Of a DNA stretch of 64,000 nucleotides, positions 40,363-51,000 are shown one piece after another (position 1 is the first letter of the stretch; the number at the start of each line of letters is the position of its first letter). A program made the position numbers and the translations under genes. The notes beneath the pieces are model-generated. The model did no database searches. It saw only the letters and a program-made list of their open reading frames with translations, and was not told the DNA's origin. This DNA is from an uncultured Acidobacteriota bacterium (GTDB taxonomy: Bacteria > Acidobacteriota > Vicinamibacteria > Vicinamibacterales > SCN-69-37), in assembly GCA_963738485.1 (NCBI GenBank), contig CAVTWK010000002.1, positions 234,869 to 298,868 of the forward strand. Reading direction: 5' to 3'.

Positions 40363-43147
40363 ATGCGATACACACTCGGCCCGGCGGCGTTCATCACCGC
40401 CCTGGCACTACTGCCCCTGGCGGCTGTGGCGCAGACAGCCCAGGTTGGTCAGTTGACCGCCACCGTCGTCGATTCGACTGGTGGCGTGCTTCCCGGGGCC
40501 GCCCTGAGGCTGTCGAGCGCAGAGCGCGGGGTGACCCGTACCGCCGTGACCGACGGCAGCGGCAAGTTCGTCTTTGCGCAGTTGCCGCTTGGCCGGTACG
40601 ACCTGACCGTGACGCTCAACGGCTTCGTGTCGGTGTCGATCACGGGCAACCTGGTCGAAGCCGACAAGAACACCAGCATCTCGGCGACACTCAAGGTTGG
40701 CGGCGTGACCGACAGGGTGACCGTCACCGGCGAGGTGCCCATCGTGGACGCCTCGAACCAGACCGTGCAGACGCGCCTGCGGGCCGAGGAGTTCGAGAAG
40801 CTGCCATTTGGACGTTCCTATCAGACCCTTGTTGGCGCCGCGCCCGGCGTCGTCGGCACGGGCAACGTGAACGCCCACGGGGCGCTCACGAGCAGCAACC
40901 AGTTCCTGATGGACGGGGTCAACACGACGGATCCCGTGACGGGTACCTTCGGCGCCAACCTGAACTTCGAGGCCATCCAGGAGGTGGTCATCCGTACGTC
41001 GGCCGTGTCGGCGGAGTTCGGCCGTTCGACGGGCGCGATCGTGGACGTTATTTCGAAGTCCGGTACCAACCGCTTCGGCGGGTCGTTCAAGTATCTGGCC
41101 GCCAACGACGACTGGAACGCGCAGAACTCGACGAAGAACGAGGTCACCGACGCGAGCCTGGCGCGCGTGAAGTTCGACAAGGTGAACAACATCTTCAGTA
41201 CCGACCGTGGGCGGACCGATTCTCAGGAACCGGGCGTGGTTCTTCCTGGCGCACGAGCAGCGGAAGAATACGAGCGCGCAGACGCAGCTCAGCGCGCGTC
41301 CTGGTATCACCCCGGAGAACTTCCAGCAGTCCACCGAGGAGCCCTTCTTCAACCTCCGCCTGACCACGCAGTTGAGCTCGACCCAGAACCTGTGGTTCAA
41401 GGTGTTCCGCTCGCCGACGACCGGGTTCGTGCGGAACGACTACTGGGGCGTGGCCGCGACGGCCGAGCGGTTCTCGCTCACCGGGCAGGACCAGGGCGGC
41501 ACGAGTTGGGCCGCGCAGTACACGACGGTGCTGGGATCCCGGTGGACGGGTGAAGTGATGGTCGGCCATACGGGCAGCTTCATCAATGTCTTCCCGTTCG
41601 ATCGCAGCCCGCTCCAGAACGGGGCTCCCTACATCGATTTGAATGATGGCCGTATCTACAACGGCGCGACGTTCGACGGGTTCGTCAAGCGTCCCCGCAA
41701 TCAGGTCGTGGCGGCCATGAACTACTTCAACACGTTTGCGGGTGTCGATCACAACATCAAGTTCGGATTGGATGTGCAGTCATTCAATTCACAGGCCCAG
41801 TTTGCGTATCCGGGTGACAAGCTCTTCTACGGTTTCAATTTCAATCCGGCGGCGCGCGCCTTCGACGAGCCCGCGGCCTACGAGGAGTACGACCCGGCCC
41901 AGTTGTCCAAGTCCACAGGCCTCCAGACCGCCTTCTATGCGCGCGACAAGTTCCAGGTGGGCACGCGGACCAGCGTCGAAGCCGGCCTGCGATTCGAGAA
42001 GCAGTCGGGCAAGAGCGATGTGGACGCCGTGACGGTGGACACGTTCGCGTTCGAACCGCGCCTGTCGGCGAGCTTCGCGTTGACGTCCGACGCCAAGACG
42101 CTGCTCGTGGCCTCTTACGGCCGATTCCATGACGCCATCATCCAGGGCTTCACGGACAACTTCGCCAACGTCCCGCAACAGGGTAACTACAACACCTATG
42201 TCTGGGACGGCGCGAAGTTCGTGTTCGACAGCCGTAACGAATCGGATGCGAATACGTTCCAGCCCAACACGGATATCTCACCGCGCCGCATGGACGAGTT
42301 CACGTTCGGCGTGGACAAGCAGCTGAGCAACGTGCTCGGCGGCTCGGTGCGCGTCATCCGCCGCGACTGGAGCAACTTCGTGGACGACCTCAACTCGCTG
42401 AGCGCGACCGGCGCTCGTCAGCGGTCGGTCGTCAATCTGGACAACGCTGATCGGAAGTACACCGGCATCGAGTTCGCGGTCGAGAAGCGGCTCTCGAATC
42501 AGTGGTACGCCTCGGGCAGCTACACGTACTCCAAGACGACCGGGAATCACTTCGGTGATGACTTCACGGCGCTTGGCGACTACGTGGATGCCCAGTGCCG
42601 GCAGACGGTTGACCCCGGCCTGTTCGGCGGCGGCATCTTCCCGTGCAGCGAGATTCAGGCGAACCTGCAGGGCAAGGCAACGTTCGATCGGCCGCACCTG
42701 CTCAAGTTCAACGGCGCCTACATCAAGTCCCTGGGCCCCGTGGATCTGACGGCCGGTGTCGTCGGTGCGGCGACGTCGAAGGCGACGTTCACGAAGACGC
42801 GTGCCAACGTCGCCGTGCTGAACCCCGTGACGGGTGGGCAGTTCACCACGATGACCTACTTCTACGAGCCGCGCGGGAGCGACCGCGTGGACGGACTCCT
42901 GTTCAACACCGATTTCTCGCTCGAGGCGACGATGCGCGCGATCGATCGCAGCCGAGTGGGCGTGAAGTTCGACGCGTTCAATCTCTTCAACAACGAGGAG
43001 AAGATCACGGCGAGCAACACGGCGTGGTGCAACTCAACGGCGACCACCGCCTGCCAGACGACGGTGAACAACTTCGGGAAGGCCACCGCGCGCGGTGCGT
43101 TCGCGGCGCCCCGCACCTACCGCGTGACGGTGCTCTTCCGCTACTAG
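40363..43147 (+). CDS. TonB-dependent receptor-like outer-membrane protein with an N-terminal carboxypeptidase-regulatory domain; frame break near 41198-41207
   Basis: GGAGGA RBS and signal peptide. TATVVDSTGGVLPGAALRLSS...DGSGKFVFAQLPLGRYDLTV is a CarboxypepD_reg domain, and a plug-like region follows. ORF 40231.. joins ORF 41207.. at NNIFS / GGPILRNRAWFF. C-terminal aromatic residues TVLFRY. Confidence 0.85.
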
Positions 43148-43175
43148 GACTCGTTCCACCAACACGCGACACGCC

Positions 43176-43213
43176 AGGGCGGCGGGGGAGACCCCGCCGC
43201 CCTTTCTTGTTTT
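43176..43213 (+). terminator. intrinsic terminator after the TonB-dependent receptor gene
   Basis: A perfect 12-bp stem AGGGCGGCGGGG / CCCCGCCGCCCT with loop GAGA, followed by TTTCTTGTTTT. Confidence 0.8.
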
Positions 43214-43324
43214 GGGGTCGGCGCCGGCCGCTCGGAGCCCGTCGCAGGTTTTTCCGCGGTGTTTCTGTGGGCCGTTGACTGTCGGCCGTGCCTGTTGTAG
43301 CCTTATATCCGGATTTACGGATTG

Positions 43325-44297
43325 ATGACTTCGGGTACCGCCGTCCTTCTCGATGTGTTCTCCGCCGTGGCTGATGCCACGCGGTGCCGCATGCTGCTGG
43401 CGCTCGACGCCCACGAGTTGACGGTGACGGAACTCTGCGCCGTGCTCCAGCTCCCGCAATCCACCGTGAGCCGGCACCTGAAGACCCTGGCCGATGCCGG
43501 CTGGGTCTCCTCGCGGCGCGACGGCACGAGCCGGTACCTACGCCATCGCCCTGGATGGGGCGGACGGGGCGCGGACCCGCATCTGGGACCTGACCCGCAG
43601 CGAATGGCGCGGACGACCCGGGGTGGACCAGGACGGGCGCCGGCTGGCGCGGGTGCTGGCCGACCGGAGTGAGACCTCACAGCGCTTCTTCGCCTCGGCC
43701 GCCAGCCAGTGGGATCGTCTGCGCGAGGAACTGTTCGGGCGTGACGTGTTCTTCCACGCGCTCCTCGGGCTCCTGCCGGCGACTTGGCACGTGGCCGACC
43801 TCGGCTGCGGCACGGGGAGCACCGTTCGCCTCCTGGCACAGTCGGTCGAGCAGGTGATCGGCGTTGACGGCTCCGACGACATGCTGGCCAACGCGCGGGT
43901 CCGCACGGCGGGCCAGGGCAATGTGGACTTGCGGCGCGGCAGCCTCGAGGCGCTCCCGATCGACAGCGAGTCTCTCGACGCGGCGACGATGATGCTCGTG
44001 TTGCACCATCTCCCGGCCCCGGCGCTTGCGCTGGCCGAGGCTGCGCGCGTGCTCAAGCCCGGCGGGCGGCTGCTGATCGTGGACATGGCACCTCACGAAC
44101 ACGAGGAGTATCGTCAGCAGATGGGGCACGTGTGGCTCGGGTTTTCAGACGAGCAGATGCGCCGGCTCATGGACGGGGCAGGTCTCGAGCTGGCGCGCAT
44201 CGCCCAACTGCCGGCCACCACCGATGCGAAAGGCCCCGCACTCTTTTCCGCGACAGCAACAAGACCGAGACTCGGGGTCGTACCTCGCTCGCCGTGA
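43325..44297 (+). CDS. ArsR-family HTH regulator fused to a SAM-dependent methyltransferase domain; frame break near 43535
   Basis: DATRCRMLLALDAHELTVTELCAVLQLPQSTVSRHLKTLADAGWVSSRRDGTSRY (ORF 43322..) continues YAIALDGADG...VADLGCGTGS...LKPGGRLLIVD (ORF 43494..). Confidence 0.8.
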
Positions 44298-44312
44298 GGC
44301 AGGTACGACCCC
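44274..44312. repeat. REP-like hairpin GGGGTCGTACCTCGCTCGCCGTGAGGCAGGTACGACCCC (copy 2 of 2), overlapping the stop codon of the ArsR-MTase gene
   Basis: 10-bp outer stem GGGGTCGTAC / GTACGACCCC. Near-identical to 23645-23684. Confidence 0.8.
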
Positions 44313-44352
44313 TTAGACACGAAGACAGAGACGACGAAGAAGACACAGACAC

Positions 44353-44390
44353 GGGGTCGGGTCTTGAAGGCGAGAGCCAGACCCGACCCC
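44353..44390. repeat. 12-bp-stem hairpin GGGGTCGGGTCT...AGACCCGACCCC, 25 nt upstream of the ahcY ATG and preceded by a GAC/GAA purine-rich run (44316-44350)
   Basis: Read directly. A GAAGGA SD-like motif lies at 44401-44406. Confidence 0.75.
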
Positions 44391-44415
44391 CTAATGCAGC
44401 GAAGGAACCCAACAC

Positions 44416-45918
44416 ATGACACCGACAGCCGTTGCCACTGAACACGTGTTCGACCTGGCCCGCAAGGCGGGCCGCCAGCCCTACAAGGTCGCCGACCTCG
44501 GTCTCGCCGAGTGGGGCCGCAAGGAAATGCGCCTCGCCGAAGACGAGATGCCTGGCCTGATGGCCCTGCGCGAGCGCTATGCCGCGACCAAGCCGCTGGC
44601 CGGCGCGCGTGTGATGGGCTCCCTGCACATGACCATCCAGACCGCGGTGCTCATCGAGACGCTCGACGCGCTCGGCGCCGATGTCCGCTGGGTCTCCTGC
44701 AACATCTTCTCGACCCAGGATCACGCGGCCGCGGCCGTCGTCGTCGGCCGGCCGGAGACGGGCGGCACGCCCGAGAAGCCGCGCGGCATCCCCGTGTTCG
44801 CCTGGAAGGGTGAGACGCTCGAAGAATACTGGTGGTGCACGACCGAAGCGCTCGTGTGGCCCGACCAGTCCGGCCCGACGCTCATCGTCGATGACGGCGG
44901 CGACGCGACCCTCTTCGTGCACAAGGCCTACGAGTTCGAGAAGGCCGGCAAGGTCCCCGCGTTCGACGAGGCCAGCGAGCCCGAAGAGTGGGGCGTGATC
45001 CTCGAGTCGATCAAGGCCGAGCTGAAGGCGCGTCCTGGCGTGTGGTCGAAGGTCGCCAAGGGCATCCGCGGCGTGTCGGAAGAGACGACGACCGGCGTGC
45101 ATCGCCTCTACGAGATGATGAACGCGGGCACGCTCCTGTTCCCGGCGATCAACGTCAACGACTCGGTGACCAAGAGCAAGTTCGACAACATCTACGGCTG
45201 CCGGCACTCGCTGCCCGACGGCCTGGCCCGCGCGACGGACGTGATGCTCGGCGGCAAGATGGCCGTCGTGTTCGGCTTCGGCGAAGTCGGCAAGGGCTGC
45301 GCCCAGGCGCTCCGCGGCCAGGGCACGCGGGTCGTCATCACCGAGATCGACCCGATCTGCGCGCTGCAGGCGGCGATGGAAGGCTACGAGGTCGTCACGA
45401 TCGACGACGTGATCGACCGGGCGGACATCTTCATCACGGCGACGGGCAACTTCAACATCCTGACCGTCGAGCACATGGCGCGGATGAAGGACAAGGCCAT
45501 CGTGGGGAACATCGGCCACTTCGACAACGAGATCGACATGGCCGGCCTCAAGAAGGTGCCGGGCATCAAGAAGGTCAACATCAAGCCGCAGTACGACGAA
45601 TGGCAGTTCCCGGACGGCCACAGCGTGCTAGTGCTTGCCGAAGGCCGCCTGCTGAACCTCGGCTGCGCGACCGGGCATCCGAGCTTCGTCATGTCGGCGT
45701 CGTTCACCAACCAGGTGCTGGCGCAGATCGAGCTGCACGAGAACGCGGAGAAGATTGGCAAGAAGGTGCTGATGCTCCCGAAGAAGCTCGACGAGGAAGT
45801 GGCGCGCCTCCATCTCGCCAAGCTCGGCGTGCGGTTGACCACGCTCAGCGATGAGCAGGCGAAGTACATCGGCGTCTCGGTCGATGGGCCGTACAAGCCA
45901 GAGCACTACAGGTACTGA
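44416..45918 (+). CDS. ahcY: adenosylhomocysteinase
   Basis: 500 aa. [45 protein letters not shown], and C-terminal KPEHYRY. Confidence 0.97.
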   Translation: MTPTAVATEHVFDLARKAGRQPYKVADLGLAEWGRKEMRLAEDEMPGLMALRERYAATKPLAGARVMGSLHMTIQTAVLIETLDALGADVRWVSCNIFSTQDHAAAAVVVGRPETGGTPEKPRGIPVFAWKGETLEEYWWCTTEALVWPDQSGPTLIVDDGGDATLFVHKAYEFEKAGKVPAFDEASEPEEWGVILESIKAELKARPGVWSKVAKGIRGVSEETTTGVHRLYEMMNAGTLLFPAINVNDSVTKSKFDNIYGCRHSLPDGLARATDVMLGGKMAVVFGFGEVGKGCAQALRGQGTRVVITEIDPICALQAAMEGYEVVTIDDVIDRADIFITATGNFNILTVEHMARMKDKAIVGNIGHFDNEIDMAGLKKVPGIKKVNIKPQYDEWQFPDGHSVLVLAEGRLLNLGCATGHPSFVMSASFTNQVLAQIELHENAEKIGKKVLMLPKKLDEEVARLHLAKLGVRLTTLSDEQAKYIGVSVDGPYKPEHYRY

Positions 45919-46016
45919 ACAGGTACGCCGGGTACTCCAGGTACGCCGGGTACTCCAGGTACACGGGTACGCCAGGTACTCGGGTACACCAGGTACTCGG
46001 GTACGACAGGTACGCA
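45911..46016 (+). repeat. 17-18-bp tandem repeat (CAGGTACGCCGGGTACTC-like), about 6 copies, beginning inside the last codons of ahcY
   Basis: CAGGTAC recurs at 45909, 45920, 45938, 45956, 45973, 45990 and 46007. Confidence 0.85.
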
Positions 46017-46054
46017 CTGCACGGGCGGCGCGAGGGATTGCGCCGCCCGTGCAG
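46017..46054. terminator. GC-rich 15-bp-stem hairpin (CTGCACGGGCGGCGC-GAGGGATT-GCGCCGCCCGTGCAG) between the convergent ahcY and zeta-toxin genes; no T-tract
   Basis: Perfect inverted repeat, read directly. Confidence 0.5.
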
Positions 46055-46119
46055 CATGTGCGCCGCGGTGGTGCAATGCGCCATGGCCAGACTTGGCGGT
46101 CGTCCCGCGATCGCCGCCG

Positions 46120-46755
46120 TCACTGGATCGCCAATGCGGCCTCGAGTATGGGCCTGGCCCAGTGCGGAGTGCTGCGTAGGGCAGCCCCGTCGTCGGCTGA
46201 CGGCCAACTCAATCGACCACTCGCCATATCCAGTACGAGCGCGGGATCTGGTACCGGCTGGCCCACGGCGACATCCACGGAGTTGTCGTACACCTGCAGC
46301 CGGGCGAGGTGCGGCATCAGGTCGATGAGGTTTCGCAGCGCCCGCGGGTAGCGCGCCCGGATCGTCGCCTCTGGAACGTCGTGCCCTCCTTCGCTGACAC
46401 GCAGGCGCACGCGAGCCACGTGCCGTTCAGGAGAATCGAGGCCGCAGAACCACATCAGGACGTCGTGGGTGTGCGTGGCCGCCAGCAGCCTCGCTGCGAT
46501 GGTGCGACCGCCCAAGGTGGTCTCGAACGCGTAGTCGCGTCGCGCCGCGACAGCGTCATCAAGGCGACGCAGGCCTTCCGCCCAAGCCAGGGCGTTCGAC
46601 CGATCCTGGTCGTCGCCGGTCGCCGACATGAGCTCGCGCGCAAAGGTGTCAGGGTTGAACCAAGTCAGCCCGCCCCGCTCGAGGACATGCCCGCCCACTG
46701 AACTCTTGCCCGCCCCGTTTACGCCGGCCAGCACGAACAGGACCGGTCGCGCCAT
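46120..46755 (-). CDS. zeta-toxin-like P-loop kinase / AAA ATPase (toxin of a type II TA pair)
   Basis: Walker A VLAGVNGAGKSS, AFETTLGG, and a C-terminal region typical of the zeta/COG4185 family. TAATG overlap with the upstream antitoxin gene. Confidence 0.8.
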   Translation of the reverse strand: MARPVLFVLAGVNGAGKSSVGGHVLERGGLTWFNPDTFARELMSATGDDQDRSNALAWAEGLRRLDDAVAARRDYAFETTLGGRTIAARLLAATHTHDVLMWFCGLDSPERHVARVRLRVSEGGHDVPEATIRARYPRALRNLIDLMPHLARLQVYDNSVDVAVGQPVPDPALVLDMASGRLSWPSADDGAALRSTPHWARPILEAALAIQ

Positions 46756-47111
46756 TAGTGGCCGCTACCAGCCTTGACGCGGCCGTTGAGCCTGGCGCGC
46801 CCGTTCATCGTCCCTCGGAGGCGATCGCCGGCGCCCGGCGAGTCGAGAACCGCCAGCCGTTCGTCAAAGTTCCGCCGAAGGGTTTCGATCGTGGCGTCCG
46901 CCCGGGACTCGGCGAGTCTCACCACCGCCAGGAGCCGCGAATATTCGACGGCGGTGACGATGACTGCCTCGGGCTCGGAGTGGTTGGTCACAAGCACGGC
47001 CCCACCGGACACGACGGTGCGCATGACGCCTCGCCAGCCACGCTTCTTGAGGTCCGCCGCAGGCACCTCGGGCAGTCCGCCGAGTTGAGTCTTGAGCGCC
47101 TCGGTTGGCAT
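46755..47111 (-). CDS. Phd/YefM-type antitoxin
   Basis: GAVLVTNHSEPEAVIVTAVEYSRLL is the Phd/YefM core. 118 aa, immediately upstream of the toxin and overlapping it. Confidence 0.75.
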   Translation of the reverse strand: MPTEALKTQLGGLPEVPAADLKKRGWRGVMRTVVSGGAVLVTNHSEPEAVIVTAVEYSRLLAVVRLAESRADATIETLRRNFDERLAVLDSPGAGDRLRGTMNGRARLNGRVKAGSGH

Positions 47112-47225
47112 TAGGCAATTATATCCGAAAAGGCAAATATGGACACTATGGGCATTGATACGGCGAATACCCGACTTTCATTTGAAAGATGAAGTTGTAT
47201 TTAAAATCGCATTGAGCGACTTTGG
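47112..47225. promoter_or_regulatory. AT-rich divergent intergenic region (likely promoters/operators of the phd-zeta operon and the RHH gene)
   Basis: The lowest-GC stretch of the window (TTAGGCAATTATATCCGAAAAGGCAAATATGG...TTGAAAGATGAAGTTGTATTTAAAAT). I could not fix exact -35/-10 boxes. Confidence 0.35.
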
Positions 47226-47723
47226 GTGGCGGAGATCGACGCCATGGCCAAGAGCAACGAAAAGCACGCCGACCCGGACGAGACCTTCACAACCTTCAGC
47301 ATCCGGTTGGGCGCTCGCGAAACAGCGCTGTTGCGCGAAGCGATGGAGCAGAAGGGCTGGACTGCCGCCAACTTCATTCGCCGGGCGACGCTGGACCGCG
47401 CCGCTCACATCATGAACACCTCTCGGCACACCGAGATCGACTTCGAGGGTTGGGCCAGGCGCTTGGCCGCCCAGCTTTGTGTTCCGGAAGTGATCATGAC
47501 TTGCGACGACGATCTCGAACGCACACCGATGGGGCCCCCTCTGCTGATCAACGAGGTGCCTTACTCGTTCGAGACACGCAATCAGCTCGAGGTCGAGGAC
47601 GTGGCCCGGCTCCGTGAAGCGATTCATCGGGGAGGCGCGGAACTTCTGACACGAATGCTTGCCGAATGCGACCGGCTTCGGCCAGGCAAGAAAGCAATCA
47701 CTATCGACCCGGAGAAGCTCTAG
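47226..47723 (+). CDS. ribbon-helix-helix (DUF1778/TacA-like) protein with a ~100-aa C-terminal extension of unknown function
   Basis: FSIRLGARETALLREAMEQKGWTAANFIRRATLDRAAHIM is an RHH antitoxin-like motif. Third-position GC supports the + frame over the antisense ORF 47178..47765. The start is GTG 47226 or ATG 47244. Confidence 0.6.
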   Translation: MAEIDAMAKSNEKHADPDETFTTFSIRLGARETALLREAMEQKGWTAANFIRRATLDRAAHIMNTSRHTEIDFEGWARRLAAQLCVPEVIMTCDDDLERTPMGPPLLINEVPYSFETRNQLEVEDVARLREAIHRGGAELLTRMLAECDRLRPGKKAITIDPEKL

Positions 47724-48007
47724 AGGCGCGGAACCGTCGATTACGAGGAGACGCAACGATGCCATACGGACTAGCGAAAGTGTGAGGCGGCGGCTTCACT
47801 TGCGTGTCGTCGCGACCTGATGCCCGGCTGCGAGCAGCGCGACGGCGTCAGCCTGAAAGCACGTGCGAGAGACCGGACCACGACTGGGTGATCGGCCGCC
47901 AGCCCGAGCCTCAGCGCACGCGGCTTGGAGCTCAGACCGGCGAGCCGGGAAGGCGGCACCACCCCGCACACGCACGGCCTCGGCTGGCTCCGGAATGGCG
48001 CCCCTGA

Positions 48008-50318
48008 TCACGGCTGCCAGCGCCGGCGCCGCTCTCGAGCGTCCAGCAGGAATCCACTCGCGAGGGCCGCGACGGCGACGGCAACGATGGCCTGCCCCCA
48101 GCCGGGCCGGTCGAGCCAGTTATTGCGGGCTGCGATGAAGTACAGCGCGGCGGCGGTGTTGACGAGGCCGGCGTAGTAGAAGCTCTTCCGCTGGCGATGG
48201 TGACTGGCCAGGGCGACCAGGACCGCCAGGGCCAGGTACAGCCAGTCGAAGCCTTTCGAGTACTCCGTCGTCCTGACGAGATACCCCAGCGGTTCCAGCA
48301 TGGAAAACGGTGCGATGACGAACAGCAGTCCCGCGGCCACGCGCATGACATCGCCGCCGCGTCGCTCGACCGCCCACGCGAGGCCGTAGAACGCGATGCC
48401 GTTCAGGGTCAGCGCCGCCAGCGTGTCGATGAGTGCCGGCGTGCTGACACCGGAGGTTTGATAGCGCTGCAGGGACACCCCAAGGTAGCTGAACGCCCGG
48501 CCCTCGAGTGCCAGCAGGTCGAGCGACACTACGAGCACCACGGCGGCCGCCACGTAAAGCGGGCGCGCGAACCAGGGCCGCGCCGCGCGTTCCAGCGCGA
48601 ACGCGGCGGCGCCGTAAGCCAGCGCCAGCGGGGCCAGGTGGAGGGCGAGGCGATCGTACCGGGACTCCTCGAGCCACGTCCGCAGTCCGAAGTCCGCCAG
48701 CACCGCGAGCCCGAACAGGAACACGAGCGTGGCGCAGACCACGCTGAGTGCACCCGTCTTCGTCCGCAGGGCCAGCCAGCCCGACCACGCGACGCTCGTG
48801 AGCAGCGTGACCTGCAACTGCCGATTGGACGGAGCGCCGTCGGCGAACAACTGGCCCGCCGTGTCGGCGGCCACCGCCCAGAGACCGGTCTCGTCCAGCA
48901 GGATCAGCACCAAGGGGGGCAGTAGCGCCAGGCCGGCGATGACGAACGCCACGGCGACCGCCCTCCGGTCCGTGTGGTAGAGATGGTGCGCCGCCACGTT
49001 CAGGTTGATGAACGGCAGGCCAAGCACGAGCAGCGGGCCGGTGACGCCGCGCACGCTGTCGTAGACGTGATGCGCGCCGAAGTAGAAGAGACCGCCGGCG
49101 CACAAGAGGAACGCCCCGAGGTAGAGGACGATCTGCGAGTACCGACAGCAACCGGCTCGCGGCGATCCAGTCGTCCTCCCGCACGTCGAACTGCCGGTAT
49201 GCACCGCGCAGCCGGTCGGCCTCGTGCGGATGGATGAGCCGCAGCCGCTGCCACTCCGTAATCTGGTGCAGGTGGGGGACGACCCGAGCCTCGAGCGTCG
49301 AGGCGTACTGCGTGGGCCGTGCCAGCACCGGCCGGCCGTCGAGATAGCGCGACAGATCCAGGGCCATCTCGTGCGCCGAGGCGTAGCGATCGGCGGGCTG
49401 GCGCTCCATCGCCTTGAGCGCGATCGCCTGGAGCGGTTCGGGGACGGCCGGGCTGACCTCGACCGGCAGTCGCGGCACGCCCGCGTGGATCTGCTGCAGC
49501 ACCTCGGACGATGTCTGGCCCGCATACGGCACGACGCCGCACAGCAGCTCGTACAGCACCACGCCGAGGGCGTAGACGTCCGTGCGCGCGTCGATCGGCT
49601 GCAGGGGATCGAGTTGTTCGGGTGCCAGATAGAAGATGGTGCCCTGCAGGTGGCCCGACGACGGGTCGCCCCCGCTCAGGCCGAAGTCCAGGATCTTCGG
49701 CGAGAGCGAAGCGTCCAGCATGATGTTCGATGGCTTGAGGTCCCGGTGCTGGATGCCGGCGTGGTGCGCGTGCTGAAGCGCCCCGCAGACCTCGCGCATG
49801 ATCCGCGCCCGCTGCGTGAACTCGAGCGACGGGCCGATGCGTCCGAGTTCGAAGCCCTCGACCAGCTCCATGATGATCACGGGCTGGCCCCTGGACTCGC
49901 GCAGCTCGAAGATCTGAACGATACGCGGGTCGGTGAAGAGCGCCAGTGATCGTGGCTCGCGCAGGAAGTCACGGAGGCGGGTGCGGACGCGGCTGTCGGC
50001 ACGGACGACCTTCGCGGCGACGAACCGATCGAGCGTCAGGTCCTTGAGCTTGTACACCTCGCCCATCCCTCCGCGACCGATGCGCTCGATCACTCGGAAG
50101 CCGCCGATTTCCGGAGGCGACCCTGGCTCGGTCGCCAGCCCGTCGCCGCCGCCGACATCGAGCGTCGTCGTCAGGTCGAGGTACTGACCGACGAGCGCGC
50201 GCAGCGGCGCGATGAGATCCGGCCGATCGGCAGCCACCTGCTCGGGCGGCAGGAGCTCGCCGTGGAGGACGTGGTGCTCGACGATGCGCTCGAAGCGGGC
50301 CTCCAGGTCTGCCGACAC
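48008..50318 (-). CDS. Ser/Thr protein kinase with a large C-terminal polytopic membrane domain; frame break near 49140-49155
   Basis: GRGGMGEVYK, HRDLKPSNIML, DFGLS and YLAPEQ (ORF 48120..50318) continue in ORF 48008..49525 as YSQIVLYLGAFLLCAGGLFYFGAHH... with about 10 hydrophobic helices. The GTG start lies 1 nt after the sigma-factor stop. Confidence 0.85.
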
Positions 50319-50319
50319 G

Positions 50320-50892
50320 TCAGGTCTCCTTCCGGAGCCGCAGGGTCAGCGCTGCCATGGCCCGTGCGAACAACATGCGACAGGCGTCATCGCTCTTGCC
50401 CAGGCGCGCGGCGATCTCCGGGAACGTGAGTTCCTCGAGCTTGCGCAGGATCACCACCTCGCGCTGGGCATCGGGCAGGTCTTCGAGCGCGCGCTCCACC
50501 CGAGCCATGGCCTCGTCGGCGATGACCTGGGAGAGGGCCAGGCGGACGGGTGCGGGCACATGAGCGGCCTCCTCGATCGGCAGTCGCCGTGCGGCGTCCC
50601 GACGTTGCCGGTGCTGGTAGTCCACGCGGTCGCGGATCTCGTTCTCCGCAATGCGGGACAGCCACCCCATGAGCGCCGCCGGATCCGCGACCTGTGGCAG
50701 CTTCGCGAAGGACTTGAGCAGGACCGCCTGGAGGATGTCCTGCGACTCCATCTCCGCACGAAGCGCCCGGCCCATGCGGAGCCGGATCACCGGCAGGAGC
50801 TTGCGGGCGCAACGCTGGAACAGGGCGTCCATGGCCGCGCCGGACCCTCCGCGGGCCTGCACCAGCAGCTGGGCGGTCTCCCCGGCTTCCAT
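50320..50892 (-). CDS. ECF-type RNA polymerase sigma factor, translationally coupled to the kinase
   Basis: Region 2 reads DILQAVLLKSF...LMGWLSRIAENEIRD. Region 4 reads LEDLPDAQREVVILRKLEELTFPEIAARLGKSDDACRMLFARAMAAL. Confidence 0.85.
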   Translation of the reverse strand: MEAGETAQLLVQARGGSGAAMDALFQRCARKLLPVIRLRMGRALRAEMESQDILQAVLLKSFAKLPQVADPAALMGWLSRIAENEIRDRVDYQHRQRRDAARRLPIEEAAHVPAPVRLALSQVIADEAMARVERALEDLPDAQREVVILRKLEELTFPEIAARLGKSDDACRMLFARAMAALTLRLRKET

Positions 50893-51000
50893 GGCCGGGC
50901 ACGTTACCACGGGTCACCCTCGTTCGGTTTGCGCAGGCGATGCCGTCCTTCTGAATACGCGGGAAACACGTCCCGCCCCTTCAGGGAGACGAGGTGCATC

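Noticed and set aside
44298-44415. SAH riboswitch upstream of ahcY.
   Set aside because: The context is right, but I could not find the conserved SAH-riboswitch core as I remember it (the GAGGAGCGCUGC...GGCGCUCA-type pseudoknot strands). The leader instead contains a REP-like hairpin, a GAC/GAA purine run and a simple 12-bp hairpin. An Infernal scan is needed for certainty.
47724-48007. A missing toxin partner (for example a GNAT) downstream of the RHH gene; ORFs 47804..48007 and 47796..48011.
   Set aside because: The 284-nt gap is too short for a GNAT toxin, and the small ORFs there translate to Arg/Pro-rich sequence with no coding signal.
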